From NCBI GenBank assembly GCA_000934665.2, contig KZ538191.1, positions 1-64,000 on the forward strand: a DNA stretch of 64,000 bases, written 5' to 3'. Positions 1-37,495 of the stretch are shown here, one piece after another. Each line of letters opens with the position of its first letter. Within the stretch, counting starts at the first letter, position 1. The position numbers and the translations under genes are program-made. The notes under the pieces were generated by a model. The model searched no databases, was not told the origin of the DNA, and worked only from the letters and a program-made list of their open reading frames with translations. This DNA comes from Catajapyx aquilonaris (lineage: Eukaryota).

Positions 1-96
1 ATTTCCACTCTTTTTGGAGAATAACCCACTCATAAGCACTATTTTTGAAAGTGCTCTTTTTTTGAGCGAAAATTTCACTCGAAAATTTTTAGAGTG
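1..96. mobile_element. Right end of CACTC/GAGTG-rich non-autonomous DNA element (family A)
   Basis: Ends cactcgaaaatttttagagtg|ta, the same terminus as at 10385-10405 and 52961-52981. Confidence 0.65.
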
Positions 97-3000
97 TAGA
101 GCAGCAGCGCAGATATGTTCCCGTGTGGAGCATCCAGGTATGCCAATCGTTAACCGGATTTTTTTTTAAAGTATTTTTTTTTATTACTACCTGGTGTAGT
201 TGCAGCACAAGCCGGATATGTACGCTTCGTTGCTCCGGAATAGTAGGCCTATAGTGTTAAGATATAGGGTCGTCCAATAAATGCGGGGAAGCGGTTCAAG
301 GATTTCTTGATTTTTGGTCTGATTATGAAGTCGTGAATTGCCTTTTGTCTTTTATGTAACCTGTACACGTGTAATTTTGCGTTTGTTAATATTCTTCCGC
401 AGACTGTATTCTTCCGTATGTATATAATTAGACAGCATAATAGCTGAATGACCTTATACATCGACCTTGCATGTATCGGGAAGAGTTGCACATATTTGAA
501 ATATGCCATTGTTTAATACAAATATTTTGTCCGGAAAACCGCAGATCGGGCTGCACCTTATCTCTGGCTGAATATCAGAAACGAAACAGTGCGCCATTAA
601 TATTCTTCGACAATCTATAATTTCTGGCCGGAGGGTTCCATTCGGTACAAGCCAAGCGTTGTCGACTATAACTAATGCGCATGTGTTGAACTAGTAATTA
701 GATGAGAGACAACAACCAGAGGCGGTCGCTGGCAAAGTTGAGGATTGTTCAGGCGAAGTTGTCCATTGGATGGAGGGTGTGCCTTATACTGAGCTGTTGA
801 TGTTAACTCTCCTTTGCAACGGCGATGGTGGAATCATCGGTAAACATGCTACCTTGTCGTTTTCATTGTGATTCAATTTCCATCATCAATTACGAACTGT
901 GTTTATATTGCCCAGTTTTGACAGAGTTGGCGGCATGGCCTACTTTGGGTACTAATATACAGTACAACCTTCTTATAGCGAAATCCATGTTACATATTTT
1001 CATGTTGACTATCCGTCGCATGATACAACCGCAGCACAAATGATGTATGGTTTTTTACTTCTTTTCACTCCTTAATTCCGATCGCATTGGGTAAGGTCTA
1101 TTTCTCTTGACCACTCCTCAAACACATCAATGCCCATGGGACAGTTGGTTGGCCCCACCCCATTAGGCCTGTCCCAGCGAAATCAAGTTTTCAATGACAT
1201 TTCGAAGCTGTAATGGAAAAACCGGATTAATGGCCCTGAATATAATTGCATTTTCTCAGTGTGTCACTCGCTCTTATATACCCTCGACACGAATGTGAAG
1301 CGAAGAATTGAAGGGATGGGCGGCAAAACATTAAAAAAAAAAGTCTCAACAGCACGAACTTCAATGAATAGTACAGATGATTTGCTCGTAAATTTGATAT
1401 AAATTCATTAGAAAAATTGCTCATGTGTCCTACACGCGCAAAATTGTTGAGTACATGCTTCTCATTGTGATTATTTCAAACGTAGCAATAATTTTGCGTA
1501 TTAAAAAACAAATTTGAATGAAAATGTGAACAGCTTGAATAATTGCCTGTTGGGTGTGTTTACTGCATAACATGCTGACTTGCTGGTAAATGCGACACTT
1601 GGTTGTCTTGCTACATGTGCCGTTCAGATAGCTTGGCGCGCAGATTTTAACCCAATTACAGGTCTCAGATTATGCCACATTGTAAGTGGTGTTAGGCAGG
1701 TTTCTTCTATAGCTTGCTTCTGTTACTCGAGACAAAAAAGTGGAAGTACTTACTGCCCAAGTTACAGCCCGGGTATACTTTTTAACCACTTGCACTCTAA
1801 TTATTGCGCTGCGGGTGGAATTAGCAAAAAGTTGATAATTTACCGATTAATCAAGCATGTCCAGTTACCTAATTTGTGACATGATGGCTTAGGTTATAGT
1901 GGAAGGATCATTACACAAACGTCGGCATCTTGTCACGCCTGTCAGGAGTGGAATGACCCTATCTAACCTGACCTATCCGCATCATAGAAATACTCTACAG
2001 TCAGATCTGGCTGATGGACCCTGACCAATTGTTTGAATCTGGCGGATAATTTGCAATAGTCGCACCTGTCTCGCAAATGTGTCGCGAAATTAGCTAACTT
2101 GTAAGTGAAAGCTTCTGGCAGCCCAACGCCAATTTGATATATGGCAGTGTTATAGCTTCCCCTATCAGTATAGTTACGCCACATACGGAAACGCGGGCAA
2201 TGGACATCGGCATTACTTGCATCCCGCCCCGGGGCTGGTCTGGTCTTCCCGTCTACCACTGAGGTTCTCACGGTAGCTGCATTCTACCGGGGGCACATGT
2301 TCCTGATCAAGACTAGTGAGCATAAGTGCAGCGGACTGGTTTGGAACAGCCCACTCTGGAAATAATAAAAAATTGCGAAAAAAAGAGAGGACGTGATGAT
2401 CTAACTGCCGCAGAATGGGATCCCTCTTGCTATGGACTCAATGTCAGGTTTTTAGTGTCCAGTTTTTCATGAGCTGTCACTATGGACTGGAGGGCAGGAG
2501 AATCGGTTTTATGAAGAAGAAAAAATATGTAAGAGCAACATGATGTGCGGGTACGTGTATAGAAAGTGAAGCAGAAATTGTGCCATGGGGTAACTTACGT
2601 ATCAACGCATCCAGGACTCATTCATGCATAAGTTGCATCGGGAACTTGAAACCGTCCGAAAGTAATTTTGTGGAAAAGGAGCCCCGCAGCGGTGGTCACG
2701 TATTATGAACACCACGCTGGGAATCATTGCTGCTCACCATTTTTGGTTAAATAATTTAATACTTCCTGCCTCCGAATTTTTTTTTTGAATAAGTTAGCTT
2801 GTGGGGGAGGGGGTGGCATACGATTTGTACTATAGGTTTACCTCGTTATATACGGCATGCTCCGTTATACAGTTTTCAAATTATTGCGTATTAGGAACTG
2901 GTTTCAACTTCTCACATGCGGTGATGTACTGATAGTGAAATTTCGAAACAACGGATTATAATAAATATGACTAAAACAATTAACCAGATAGGAAGGGCAC

Positions 3001-3750
3001 GTATACGGTATACGAGTTGGCGTTTATGTCGTATAAACCGGAAACCTGTTCACTACGGAATTTTGCGACTCAAACAGGCATTTTGGCAACATATCAGCAA
3101 AAACTATGCTATTACACTACCGTTACGTGTGTGAAGTAGCGATAATGAACCATACAATTTTTTCACGTAATTTTGCCAATTCCTCTTAACCTGCATCATT
3201 CCAACTCGCAAACAGGCCACGCAGCCCGGTCCACGTGACTAGATGTTTTGGAGGAGGGCCACAGGCTTCTCCCAAACCTGTAGCAAGTGATGCCCCCCTC
3301 TCCCTAAACTAGCCCCCGTCTCCCCACCGGCCTCCCCGAGAAGAAGATGGACAAGGCTTGTTTTCCTATGGCTTGGGCACGGGGGTGAGAAAGTGGGATC
3401 ATCGGGCTTCCTTGACTCCGGGAGCCATGCCATTTTTGACCTTATTAAGAGTGTGGGAACGTGGCTGGTTCCTCTTTTTGAGGGGGGGAGCAGGGGGGGC
3501 AGGGAAGGAGGAGGCAAAGCCAGGGGTAACAACCAATGTCCCTATAACAACGATGGGTATCCTGCAGCAGCCTTGGAAATATTTGTGCATCCGTGACGTA
3601 ATGAATGGTCATCAAGGCAATAATAAATAATAAATAATAATAATATGGGGATGCTGAGAAATTTTTGGCGAAATATTGGCGAAATACCCCCCCCCCCCCN
3701 CCGATGTTAAGGTGACACAGTGGATGACCATTCATCGTGTTAAGACATTA

Positions 3751-3863
3751 TGGGTTGAATTTTCGACCCACTACTCGTTACTGCTAACTTAGCAGTAACA
3801 TTAGTTTTGGCACTGGTACTGCTAAGTTAGCAGTAACTAGCAGTAGGACGAAAATTCAACCCA
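3751..3863. mobile_element. Fold-back MITE (family B)
   Basis: tgggttgaattttcg...ttactgctaacttagcagta...tactgctaagttagcagtaa...cgaaaattcaaccca, almost entirely self-complementary. Four related copies in the window. Confidence 0.8.
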
Positions 3864-4619
3864 ATGTTTTTAGTAAAAATTATGTTGCGAGCAATGACGG
3901 AAGTGGCATTACTTGATTTTTAAAATTATATATGCAGTATTCCGGTTTATTCAATTTACAAAATCACATTATCGCATTACTTATTTTTGGCCTACATATT
4001 TTGTTAATATTTGTTCTTTGCATTATGGGTATTGATTTTAATACGACGTACATACTAATTTTTATGATTAAATATTAGTTTTGTTTCATCAGCAGTTATT
4101 TTTTAAAATTTTTATTAATTTTAGTATTCGACGGTCAATGCCCATGTAGGGGATATTAATGTGTTTTTTTCGATCTTATCAACTGAAATGGGAAGAAATA
4201 CATTTCGTAATATGAATCTATGTTTCTACAGCTTCTTTCGACATTACTACTGAAAAATTCAATTACATCTCATTACATCGCCGCAAATTGAGCCACTCTG
4301 TTTCCGAAATCCCAGTTGACAAATTCATGTCCCCCTGACCCCCCTTCCCAAATTGATATGCCTAGTGACCTCCATGGGGGGGTTTGTTTCCAAGCCTGAC
4401 CCTGAGTGCCTCTCTGGTTCTAGGGGGAAATGGTGGGTAGTGGTGGCGGTGAGGAGGAGGCTTGGATGCCGCCACTACTCCTCTCTTTTTCTCTCTTCCC
4501 ACCAGCCCCACCCCACCCCGTAAGAACCCCCATGCCCAACCCCACCCCTACCATCTCTTGTAGTAACAGGTTGCCGCTCTGGGAAAATTCGAGTTGGCAG
4601 GGCCCAAGCGATGTTGCCA

Positions 4620-4638
4620 CGTGGGAAACTTTCCCACG
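4620..4638. promoter_or_regulatory. Inverted pair of high-affinity Su(H) sites
   Basis: CGTGGGAAA-C-TTTCCCACG, a perfect 9-bp inverted repeat with one CGTGGGAA on each strand. Confidence 0.45.
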
Positions 4639-6905
4639 GTACTGAGAGTGAAATTTGAACGAGGGTCCCCGCCGAGAAGTTGTGGGGGCGGGGGCGGGGC
4701 ATCTTTTTTTTTTAACCAGTGGGTGGGGGTGGGGGTGACAAAAAAAATGTATGTGGGGGAGGGGGGGTTCGTTGTTAAGATTTTGTCGAGGCGGCGTAAG
4801 TTAAAGTAGCCAAGGACGACATGCGGAAATAGGGGGGGGGCTAAGGGTTTTTGGATCCTCTTCATCTGGTATTCTGGTCGGATGGGTGTTTCCGGTACGG
4901 GAGTGTCTCTACTACTCAGTAGCAGGTTAGTCGCCTTATCTAAGACGGCGGTCAAGGGTGTTGTTTTTTGGATGGTACGAAAGGGTGAGCATGGCTTGGA
5001 AGGAACGGAAGTGTCAGGGCGGGTAATAGGTGCTTTCGAAACATTTGTATTCGGGTCGGTTGTTCTGGCGGTTATTATTGGCGGGAATCAGTTTGTGCGG
5101 AAATATTGCCGTTATTTATTACAGCACTGGTCAGTATGATATCAAAAAGGTTAGTTACCATTGGAATGATTTGGCACGCACAAAAATCATAATATCATGT
5201 CTGGATAGTATGTTCATTGATAATTTCCCAGCAAAATAATCGCACGTACAAATGTGTGCAATAATGTCGCACACAAAAAATTCAACTTGTCGCCCCCCTT
5301 ATTAATGTGCATGAGAATTTTTGCCCTTTTTTTCTTTCAAGAGGTGCTTGAGGGTTGGCGGGTTTGTAAGGGGGGATGGCATGGGGGGGNGGGGGGATAT
5401 AAGGGGTGTGACCCTGGGGCCTGGCCAACCCCGATTTACCCCCCCGGCTGAAAGGCATGCTGGGAGAAATAACTGGGGTGAGGTGGGGATGGGAAGGGCG
5501 GGAATGGGGGTAGGAGACCATGAGGGCAGCAGGGTTTTGAGATGATGACTGACCCTTCAGTGATGGGAAGGATGGTTACGAGGTTGTCACGGGTATAAGA
5601 GCTGTGCACCTCTTCTTGGAGAAAAAGTCATGTGTGTTGGTGTGCCCTGTGCGGTTGGAGCATGGTGACTGGTTTGTGAGTGTGTGCTGACAACCCATGC
5701 TGGTTTTGAGATAAACTGTGGACAATGTTGCTTATCACGGAAGAGAGAGACGTCAAGCCCTCCATCTCTTGGGTAATTATAACTGTATCCAATGTTTGGC
5801 GCCCTTTTTTTGTGTGCGTGTGGTTAGGCTCAGGATCGCCAGGTTAGAGTGGGCAGTTAAGGCCGGTTGTATCCAAATTCAAACAAATCTCCGATTATCA
5901 CATTTTTTCATATCAATTTCAGTTGATGCGTATTTTTGCATTTCACGACGCAGAACAGTCCAGTCAGCTGATGCACTATACTCCTAATGAATGTGTTTGG
6001 CTGATATAATCTAAAGAATAGACCTGCATCCCCCACTATGTAATTTTTGAGCACGTAACAAGCCCCATTGGAGTCCAAGGGTAGGGGTTCTTTGCTATAA
6101 AGCGATTCGATGTTATCCGCATTCAGTTTGCCAAAATGTTCCCATGAGAGCTCTTAACCCTCACCCTCTTTCCTCCACGTCTAAACCAATGTTAATTTGT
6201 ATGCCTAGCAGCCAGTACATTTCATTCAGTATTTTTCTCTTAATTATTGTTAGTAACAGCCAGGTTTCCCGCGCACTTTGTGACAATTGGCATTCTTGCG
6301 TAACGGACCAAGTTGCAGAACCGCAATACCTCCTATACATGAGGTATTCGCCGATTTTCTGCCAGCATTTCCATGGCATCCCCTCGATTTTGAGCCTAAC
6401 AATAACGTCAGTTTCCCACGACGCGATTCCCCACGACATTAATTAGACGAGTGTCACCTGTTGCGTCGAAAATAACAGGATATCAACTATTCTGTCTTAA
6501 TTCATACCCAACAATTGCGCATATCCTGTGCGTTTATCCTCTCCCCCCACAGCTTTTTTCCGATGGATTTGAACACGCAATCATGTAATGTTTAGAAGGG
6601 AGGGTTTCCCCATTTTTTGGGGGAGGTTGCCCCCGATATGGATCTCACCAACCTGTATGCATAGTCGCATATATGCTGCATCCACTCCCTATACATATAC
6701 TGTGGGGGGAGGAGGGAGGAGAAGCGCGTTAGTTACATGGTCTGCACAGCAGAGTTTCATTGTGACAACTTCCCGGACGCAATATTGTAGCAACAGCTGC
6801 TATTTCAAACGCCAGGGGCAGTCGCATGCGGTCGCCATTGTAATTAGTCTCTATTATGCACTATTCGCTCTGTTAGCACTTTGTGGTCGAGAGGGGGGGG
6901 GGGGG

Positions 6906-6967
6906 NNNNNNNNNNNNNNNNNNNNNNNNNNNNNNNNNNNNNNNNNNNNNNNNNNNNNNNNNNNNNN
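6906..6967. other. Assembly gap flanked by poly-G
   Basis: Run of N between G homopolymers. Confidence 0.98.
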
Positions 6968-7224
6968 GGGGGGGGGGGGGGGGGGGGGGGGGGGTGTGTG
7001 ACCCCTCAGACTCCCCCAGGTGGTCTTTGGAATAAAATATGGGTTTTTCCTGCTTGAGGATTGTTGGGGGTGGTCAGCGTTTTGTCTGGTATGGGATATT
7101 TCGTGGGGAAAAAATAACAAAATATGGTGACATGAAGTACGGTTGTTCTAAGTCCAGTTTAGGGATATAGGTTGTATCAAGTCAGGCGGAAATCTCTGGT
7201 TATGTCTGCTGAAACTTCATTTAA

Positions 7225-7355
7225 CCCAGATATGTCTAGCGTCCTACACACAGTATAGGACACACGTATAGTTGTCAAATATTTAATCATTAAGTTAGTT
7301 AATCATTGCTCATAAATAGAAAATTAACAAAAAAAAAAAATCTGGCATATCTGGG
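7225..7355. mobile_element. piggyBac-like MITE
   Basis: TTAA|cccagatatg ... catatctggg|TTAA: TTAA target duplication, CCC/GGG ends and a 10-bp perfect TIR. Confidence 0.6.
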
Positions 7356-9824
7356 TTAATCAGATATTCACTATATCGTTAATGATGTAGAACAACTTCA
7401 CTATCAACAATGAAAACGATTGCTAATTCGTCAATAATTGTATCAGGAAAAGGCGCCTAACGACAATGTTCACGTGTGGATATGGACCCTTTTCTCTGTG
7501 TGCAAATCTTTTCAAAAAATATATGTCAGAAACACTTGCATATTTTTGTTACGTTTGTTGTATAAAGTTGGGACTATTGCTCGAAAAGCAAAATTATTCT
7601 CAGCACTGAAAGTGCACCCTTGGGGAAATCCAAACAGGAACCGCGAATAAATTAAGCCAAAGTAGCCTGACACACAAGATCTCTCATGCGGTTAAATTGT
7701 AACGTTTCATATTGACACAGCTAGACTGTGCAAAATGTCGCCGAGGACTATGTAGCACCAGCATAAATTCAGGCAGTTTTAGATTACTCGTGGATAATGC
7801 ACGTAATTGTCTCAGGTCGTAGTTATGTCAACATACAAAGAAACTTTTTTGTCTTATGTAAGATAATTTCTGGAAATAAACCCTGTCAACATTTTACTCT
7901 CCAAATAAGTAAATCTGTGCGCTAAAGGTGCAAAACCATATCCGCGTCGACATCGTAAACAGCTAATAAATGGCTCTTCAACTCCCCTTTTGTGCTGGGA
8001 AACCACCAGTGTCATCCTTCCAAAACAGCTAACAAACAAGCTCCCCCCATTGGAATGGAAGGTGGAGGGGGGGTGCTCTCTTACCAGAAAAATAAACGGT
8101 GGGTGGGTAAGGGGTTGAGTTTTTGAGGGGGGGTGGGGNACAAGATCAACCTTCTGTGACTGCTGGTCGAGGTGCCTCCGGGGATGAGGGCATCCGGAAT
8201 AGGAAAGGTGGTTTTGGGGATGGGTAAGATGGTGGTGGAGGGGGACCGACCTGTACAACTGCCCCCCCTCGGAAGGCCTTTCTGCTTCCGCTCCCACGCT
8301 TTACCTTTCCCAGGGTGAGACAAGGGGAGGTGGAGAGAGGAGGAGGGTTAGGAAGGAACAGGGGTTGAGGGGTGGGTAATATAGCTGGGTTGGACTCGTA
8401 ATTAACAGTGGCTTCACCGCCTTGGGAGATCTTTTTTTAAGCTGATGGCTCTTTGATGCCCAATTAACACTGAAAAGGATGGGGGGACAGGTGGAGGTCC
8501 AGGTGTAATTAATCGGAACGAGTGATGGACTGATCGAGAAGGATGAATTTTTTTTTTTAATGCATTGTTGGTTGTAGACTGCTGACATTTTATTAGCACT
8601 GATATAGCGGAGTAATGACATTGCTTGAGACAATAGCCGGCTGGAAGATGTGACATTAAAATAATTAATTAGCGGCACACATCCGGTTGGTGCCCTCTCG
8701 CACACAACCCGTATATTCATATCTGCACGCACATGTCATGTACAGACAGCTTTCGCACGCGGAATGTAACAAATTGTTGTGCTAATTTCTGCCAATGTCC
8801 GGAAGAACCTGTGAGACGGTTATTATTTTCGGGCACGTTTGAATATGCCCCAGAGCAAAAGGGTCGAAGTAAATAGTTGCAAGATGTTGAGCTAAACCTG
8901 GGTGATAATGTGCAACCAAATATTGTTGACAGTCATTGTTGCCTATTGTAACATCACTACTGTTCTCTGGTTGTATCTGAGATTGGACAATATTATAAGC
9001 TAATAGCCTACTTTTGATAATCACTAAAAGCAACGTCTAAAATAAGCAATTTAGTGCCAGAAAACACATTACTACAGACAATTCAATTGGAATGTATATT
9101 CGATCGTCAAAAAAAATTTGCAACAGACCGTGGCCAGGCCATGTGACTAATGCGAATGTTAAGAGAAGTCGTTGAACACTTAGTAATTTAGGATTTACAA
9201 GGAAGACTGTTTGAAACGCACTGAACCGATCCCTGTAATTACACCTGATGGCGTGAAATTATGTTGTAGAGAAAGCGACTAATTCATAGCCGCATATAAG
9301 CCTACTCGTTAAAGGCGTACCCAATGAATCAAGATATCCATCACAACTATGCAAGTGCGCGAAGGCCTATTCTGTCGTTTTAATAACGAGCGCAAATTTG
9401 TAACATCATCGGAATTGAACGTATTCTCGTGCTGATATTTACCGTACCTCGTGGGATCTTTTCCGAGGGCTTGAGAATGCGGTTGACATAGCAACCGTTT
9501 ATCAACTGAAAATCCTGAATTCATTCAGGAAAAGTGAGTGTTGACGTGTAGTAATTTTTTTGTTGTAATGGCTACAGTACTTTGAATTTATCTAGAGTAT
9601 TTCATGATATGGGCTAGAATTTCTAGCTCATAAAATTAATTCTGGCCATCTCCTCGTGCTGACGTCTTAGCCCTTGAGTTATCTGGGATTGTTATCCATT
9701 GTACCCATTCTACCTTGGAGAATGTCGGGTAATGGATTATAATCGTGCAAGAATTAGGAAGCGGCGTATGAATGGGGGGGGGGGGGGGTTTGCCCTGCTC
9801 CTAATGAGGCCGAGGAGGCTCCAG

Positions 9825-10990
9825 TGTGAGAAAATTAGTGCTCACGAAAGTCATGTAGGGGCAACGGATGGGAAAGAAGGGCCGTGATTCCCACCATTAA
9901 TCCTCTACCCTACAGGTCCAGGTAGTTCAGAACTTTAGGCGAAATTTTGGTAAATTTCCGTTTTTGATATTTACTCTCTAGAAATTTTGGAGTGAAAATG
10001 TCACTCAAAAAAATACTCTTTTTGAGTGAATTTCACTCAGCAAAGATTTACCCTAGCTCGAATCCCCCAAAGGGGAGACAAACTGGGTAATGTAAATAAT
10101 AAATTTATAAATAATTCAAACTTTACCTCGACTCGAGTGGAAAATTACTCGAAGTAATAGTGAAAATGACTGGGAGATTAACTGTCATTGAGTGAAACCC
10201 TTTTCGCTCGAATTTGAGTGGAAAATCCATTCAATTTGAGTGAAATTATTGCTCATTCTGAGTGAAAATTTTCACTTGTGATCGAGGGATTTTCACTCTA
10301 AAAGAATCGACATCAATCAGTCGTCACCAAATCATCAAATCAAGTAGAAGACAGAGTGTTCGCGAGTGTTTCTCCGTGGGAAAACATTCGAAAATTTTTA
10401 GAGTGATATATCGATACAGCCACGTGCCAATGGCGGCAGATTCAATTTTGGGGCTGGAACTTTTTTGCGAACGGTGGCAGTCCTGATTACACGATTCATA
10501 AAAGGCGGAACACGGTGACCGGTTGGGGCATAATGACGGCGGGTGTGGTAATCACAAGGTGGCTCGATGTGGTGTCACGACCTCCACGTACGGCACGTCG
10601 TTGGGGTATAAAAAGACCGCCTTTTCGTCAACGGCTCATTAGAGGGGGATGGTTTTTGGAAAAATTTGTAACCTGCTGCTCATAGGGAGCACGGTTGCGG
10701 TTACGGATGGAAATCAGTCCCGGAGTTTTTGGTGGGCTGGGCGTGGGAACCCTCAATTGAACGACCGTCAGAAGAAGGGGTTAGTTTGAAAAGGAAGCCG
10801 ACCAAGAGTGTCCACCTTGTCCCCCACTTGTTTTCGAAGGAGGAGGAGGAGGAGGAATAAAAAAAATTATTTCCGCTTGGTGTCACCTGCTGGAAAATGT
10901 CACATGCGACAGAGGGGCTTTTGTATGAATTTTTAAACGGCCGGGGTTTGCGCCATATTGGTTTTGCAGAAAGCGATTGCGTTGTGGGAA
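9825..10990 (+). promoter_or_regulatory. Cluster of YGTGRGAA Su(H) sites upstream of Su(H) exons
   Basis: TGTGAGAA at 9825, CGTGGGAA at 10375 and 10742, TGTGGGAA at 10983. Confidence 0.4.
9974..10405. mobile_element. CACTC/GAGTG-rich MITE (family A)
   Basis: Imperfect TIRs ctctctagaaattttggagtg / cattcgaaaatttttagagtg, with many internal cactc/gagtg subrepeats. Shares aaatcaagtag with the 52 kb copy. Confidence 0.7.
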
Positions 10991-12200
10991 GTGATTTAAT
11001 GCGGGGCCCTCGGGAATTGTGAATAGTGTGGTTATATCGTCAACAGTTTTTTTTTTTTTCGCCGCTTCCACATTTCCACATGCCGACTTCCACTCGAACT
11101 CCATATAACCACGAACGTCACTGGTGTAAATTAGCATTGTCGTCAGGCCCTAAAAACTGCAGGCGCCCCAGGCCGATTCAGCGTCAAGTGTATACCGGGG
11201 GTATGACCAAGCGTAGCAAATTAATGCATTATGCAGCATCGCTGACAACCGCCGGATGGAACGGTGGAACATCTCCATTGGGCAAAAGTTAACAGGGACT
11301 GCTGTACATACAATTTTTTTTTCGTATGGCTGTGGCAAGTGGGGGGACGTCAAAACTCGGGCTGGTGTAGCCTGCAGTATTGTTACGTCGAAATGTAACT
11401 TGGGAGCGATTTTTAAAAACCCGTGCCATTCCGAAGGCTATTTGGGGAGGCTTGCACTGCTGTGGAACTGAATTTTTGGCGCAGGTCAAAAACACGAGCA
11501 GGAAAAAAAAAATTTATGCAGAATTTTTGGAACGTATACAGTCCCCATGCATTTTCAAAAGTCTGAAATGTGGTGTACTCGCGCATCACTAGCCATAAAA
11601 TTGTTGCATTAGGTTAATTACATTAAAACGCCTTTTAAAATATGTATCAATACACTATTTATTTAGAAGGGGGAAAAAAGGAAAGATATGAATAATCCAC
11701 TGGCAGTTAACATGGTGTTTCTCCGGAGCCCTTCATATGCTGTGTTCAGATTCTATAAGTCAGATCCATCAGAGGTGACTCTCTTTTTCCAACCCCAAAC
11801 TCCAGTTTCACACCTCGTTAGTGACTCTCTTGCCACCTCACAATTATAAGGGCCAGTATGGTGTTACAAACTCGATCATGCAGGTAGGGCGGTGGGAAAA
11901 TTTCTCCTTTTCTTCCTGTGGGACCCAGGGATTCCAGGAGATGACGTTCCCTCCCGGTTCCCAAGCCGGACACAGTCATGTGATTTGACGTGACCATGGA
12001 GGAGTTGTGGATCATGGTGCAGGTGCCTTAGAGATCCTTGACCCGAGTGTTTACTAACACGGAATTCTTTTTAAATGCCAGCGACTTATGGCTCGTGTCC
12101 TACTCAGGATTGTGACGTAATATCTTTGGCAATTTCTTTGTCATATCTACACCGCATATTTGTGAGCCACATTTCTGACCGTCTGATCTATTTCTTTCAG

Positions 12201-35764
<23,564 letters not shown>

Positions 35765-37495
35765 GACACATAAGTGCGGGCATAGATATATAAAAAAAGT
35801 TCACCAGACATATACTCGGAATCAACAGAGACGTATTTTCTAATCTGACGAGTTGATTTATTTTTCACCAAGTGAACAATTTTGGTCTCCTTTTTCTTGC
35901 GGATGTTGGTGGTTACTACAGCAAAAGGTGTTTACTTCTCTCTTTTTTTTTTTCTCCAAACGTCTATATAGTGCGCCTACCTTCATGTAGAGCCTTGGTT
36001 TCAATTCAGTTTTATCGGACAGTGGAGTTGGAACCAAGATGACAAAGAGGTCACATTTTTTTGTACATAAGCTGCGAGAAATCTATTGTTGCAATGTCTT
36101 TTTTTCCCCAAGAGCAAGTGAGAAATCGAGTGAATGCATGTTAAACTGACCATGTTAAGTTTTATCTTATTTCCCTCAGCATGTGTAAAGTTGCAAAAAA
36201 TATTCATTTTTTAATAATGTAGGAAAAAACGGGGGTATGTTGTAAATCTTGTAAGCAATATGTTGAACAAAAAAAATGGTTGTGGTTTTTATCGAAATGT
36301 AGATGCTTATACAAAAGAGAAGATGGGGGGGAAAAAATATCTTAAAAAAAAGGTACATCTAATTTTTCTAGAAATGGGCACATGTTGGGGGGAAGGGAGG
36401 GGTGGAAGGGAGGAAAAGGAAATTTTTTTAGGCGTATCACTAATGTTGTATACTTGAGAGTTTGTTTCGAACGAACGTGGACATGGACAATTTCTTTTTC
36501 TTCCTATTATTATTATTATCATTATTACGGGAATGGACAGTGTCCCGAGAGGTAATATAAACGGAAAAGGTCCACAAAAGTAGTGACTGTTTTTAGTACT
36601 CTCATTTTTTTGTGTTAGATTATTATTTTTATCCCACCTAACGAGAAGGTGAGCACTGCAGATTTTTTCCAATTTGTATTTGTTATGTACATCTGCGCAC
36701 ACACCCACATATGCAGACACAACACACACGCGGAGAGCCCCCTTGACACACCTTCCCTCCCCCAGAGAACGTTTTAAACTGAAAAAGACCTCGCAAAAAA
36801 TTTTTCGTTTTATTTTGGTGCTTATCGTTACGGAAAAAAGAAGAAGAAAACGTCGAATCTCAAAATCAGCATTCAGATCGCAAATACACAACAAAGGTAC
36901 TTCGGATATTTTGTACGCAGGGCTCAAAGATTCTGTTAGCATTTAGGCAAATTTTTTTGTTTTGTTTACCTGGTTTGTGTTATTTTTAAAATAGTTTAGG
37001 TGGATGCGGGCCTTGTGTCATGAATATTTTGTGGTTTGCATTATTTACTACACTTGTTTTTATTTTTTATGGTACATCAGAAAGTGAGAGATGAACATGA
37101 CATTTATTATATTTTGAGCACTTAAAACCAGTTGTGTTGTTTATCAAACAGGTCCAACATATTTGAAAATAATAATAACTCAGTAGGGCACAAATGTGTG
37201 AGAAGGTGTGTTGTTTTTTTTTTTTTGGTTCTCAATTATTATTTTTTGTTTTATTCATAGAAGCTGAGGAAAATTGAACCAACTTTTCATTTGGAGAATG
37301 TGTGTGCGATTGTATGTATAGAACGTTGTTTTCCAGGGGTGTGTTTTTTTTGTGGGGTGGATGAGAGAGTGGCCCCCCTGGAAGATATTAAAGTGATGTG
37401 ATGGCACCTAAAACAATCCACCTTTTTTTCTTTTCTTTTTGGTAACCATTTTATTTTGTACAACCAAACAGGAAGGTTTGAACAAAACAATTATG

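Noticed and set aside
36307..36942. 211-aa minus-strand ORF in the presumed Su(H) 3' UTR
   Set aside because: Low-complexity F/K/I composition, non-ATG start and no splice or homology support.
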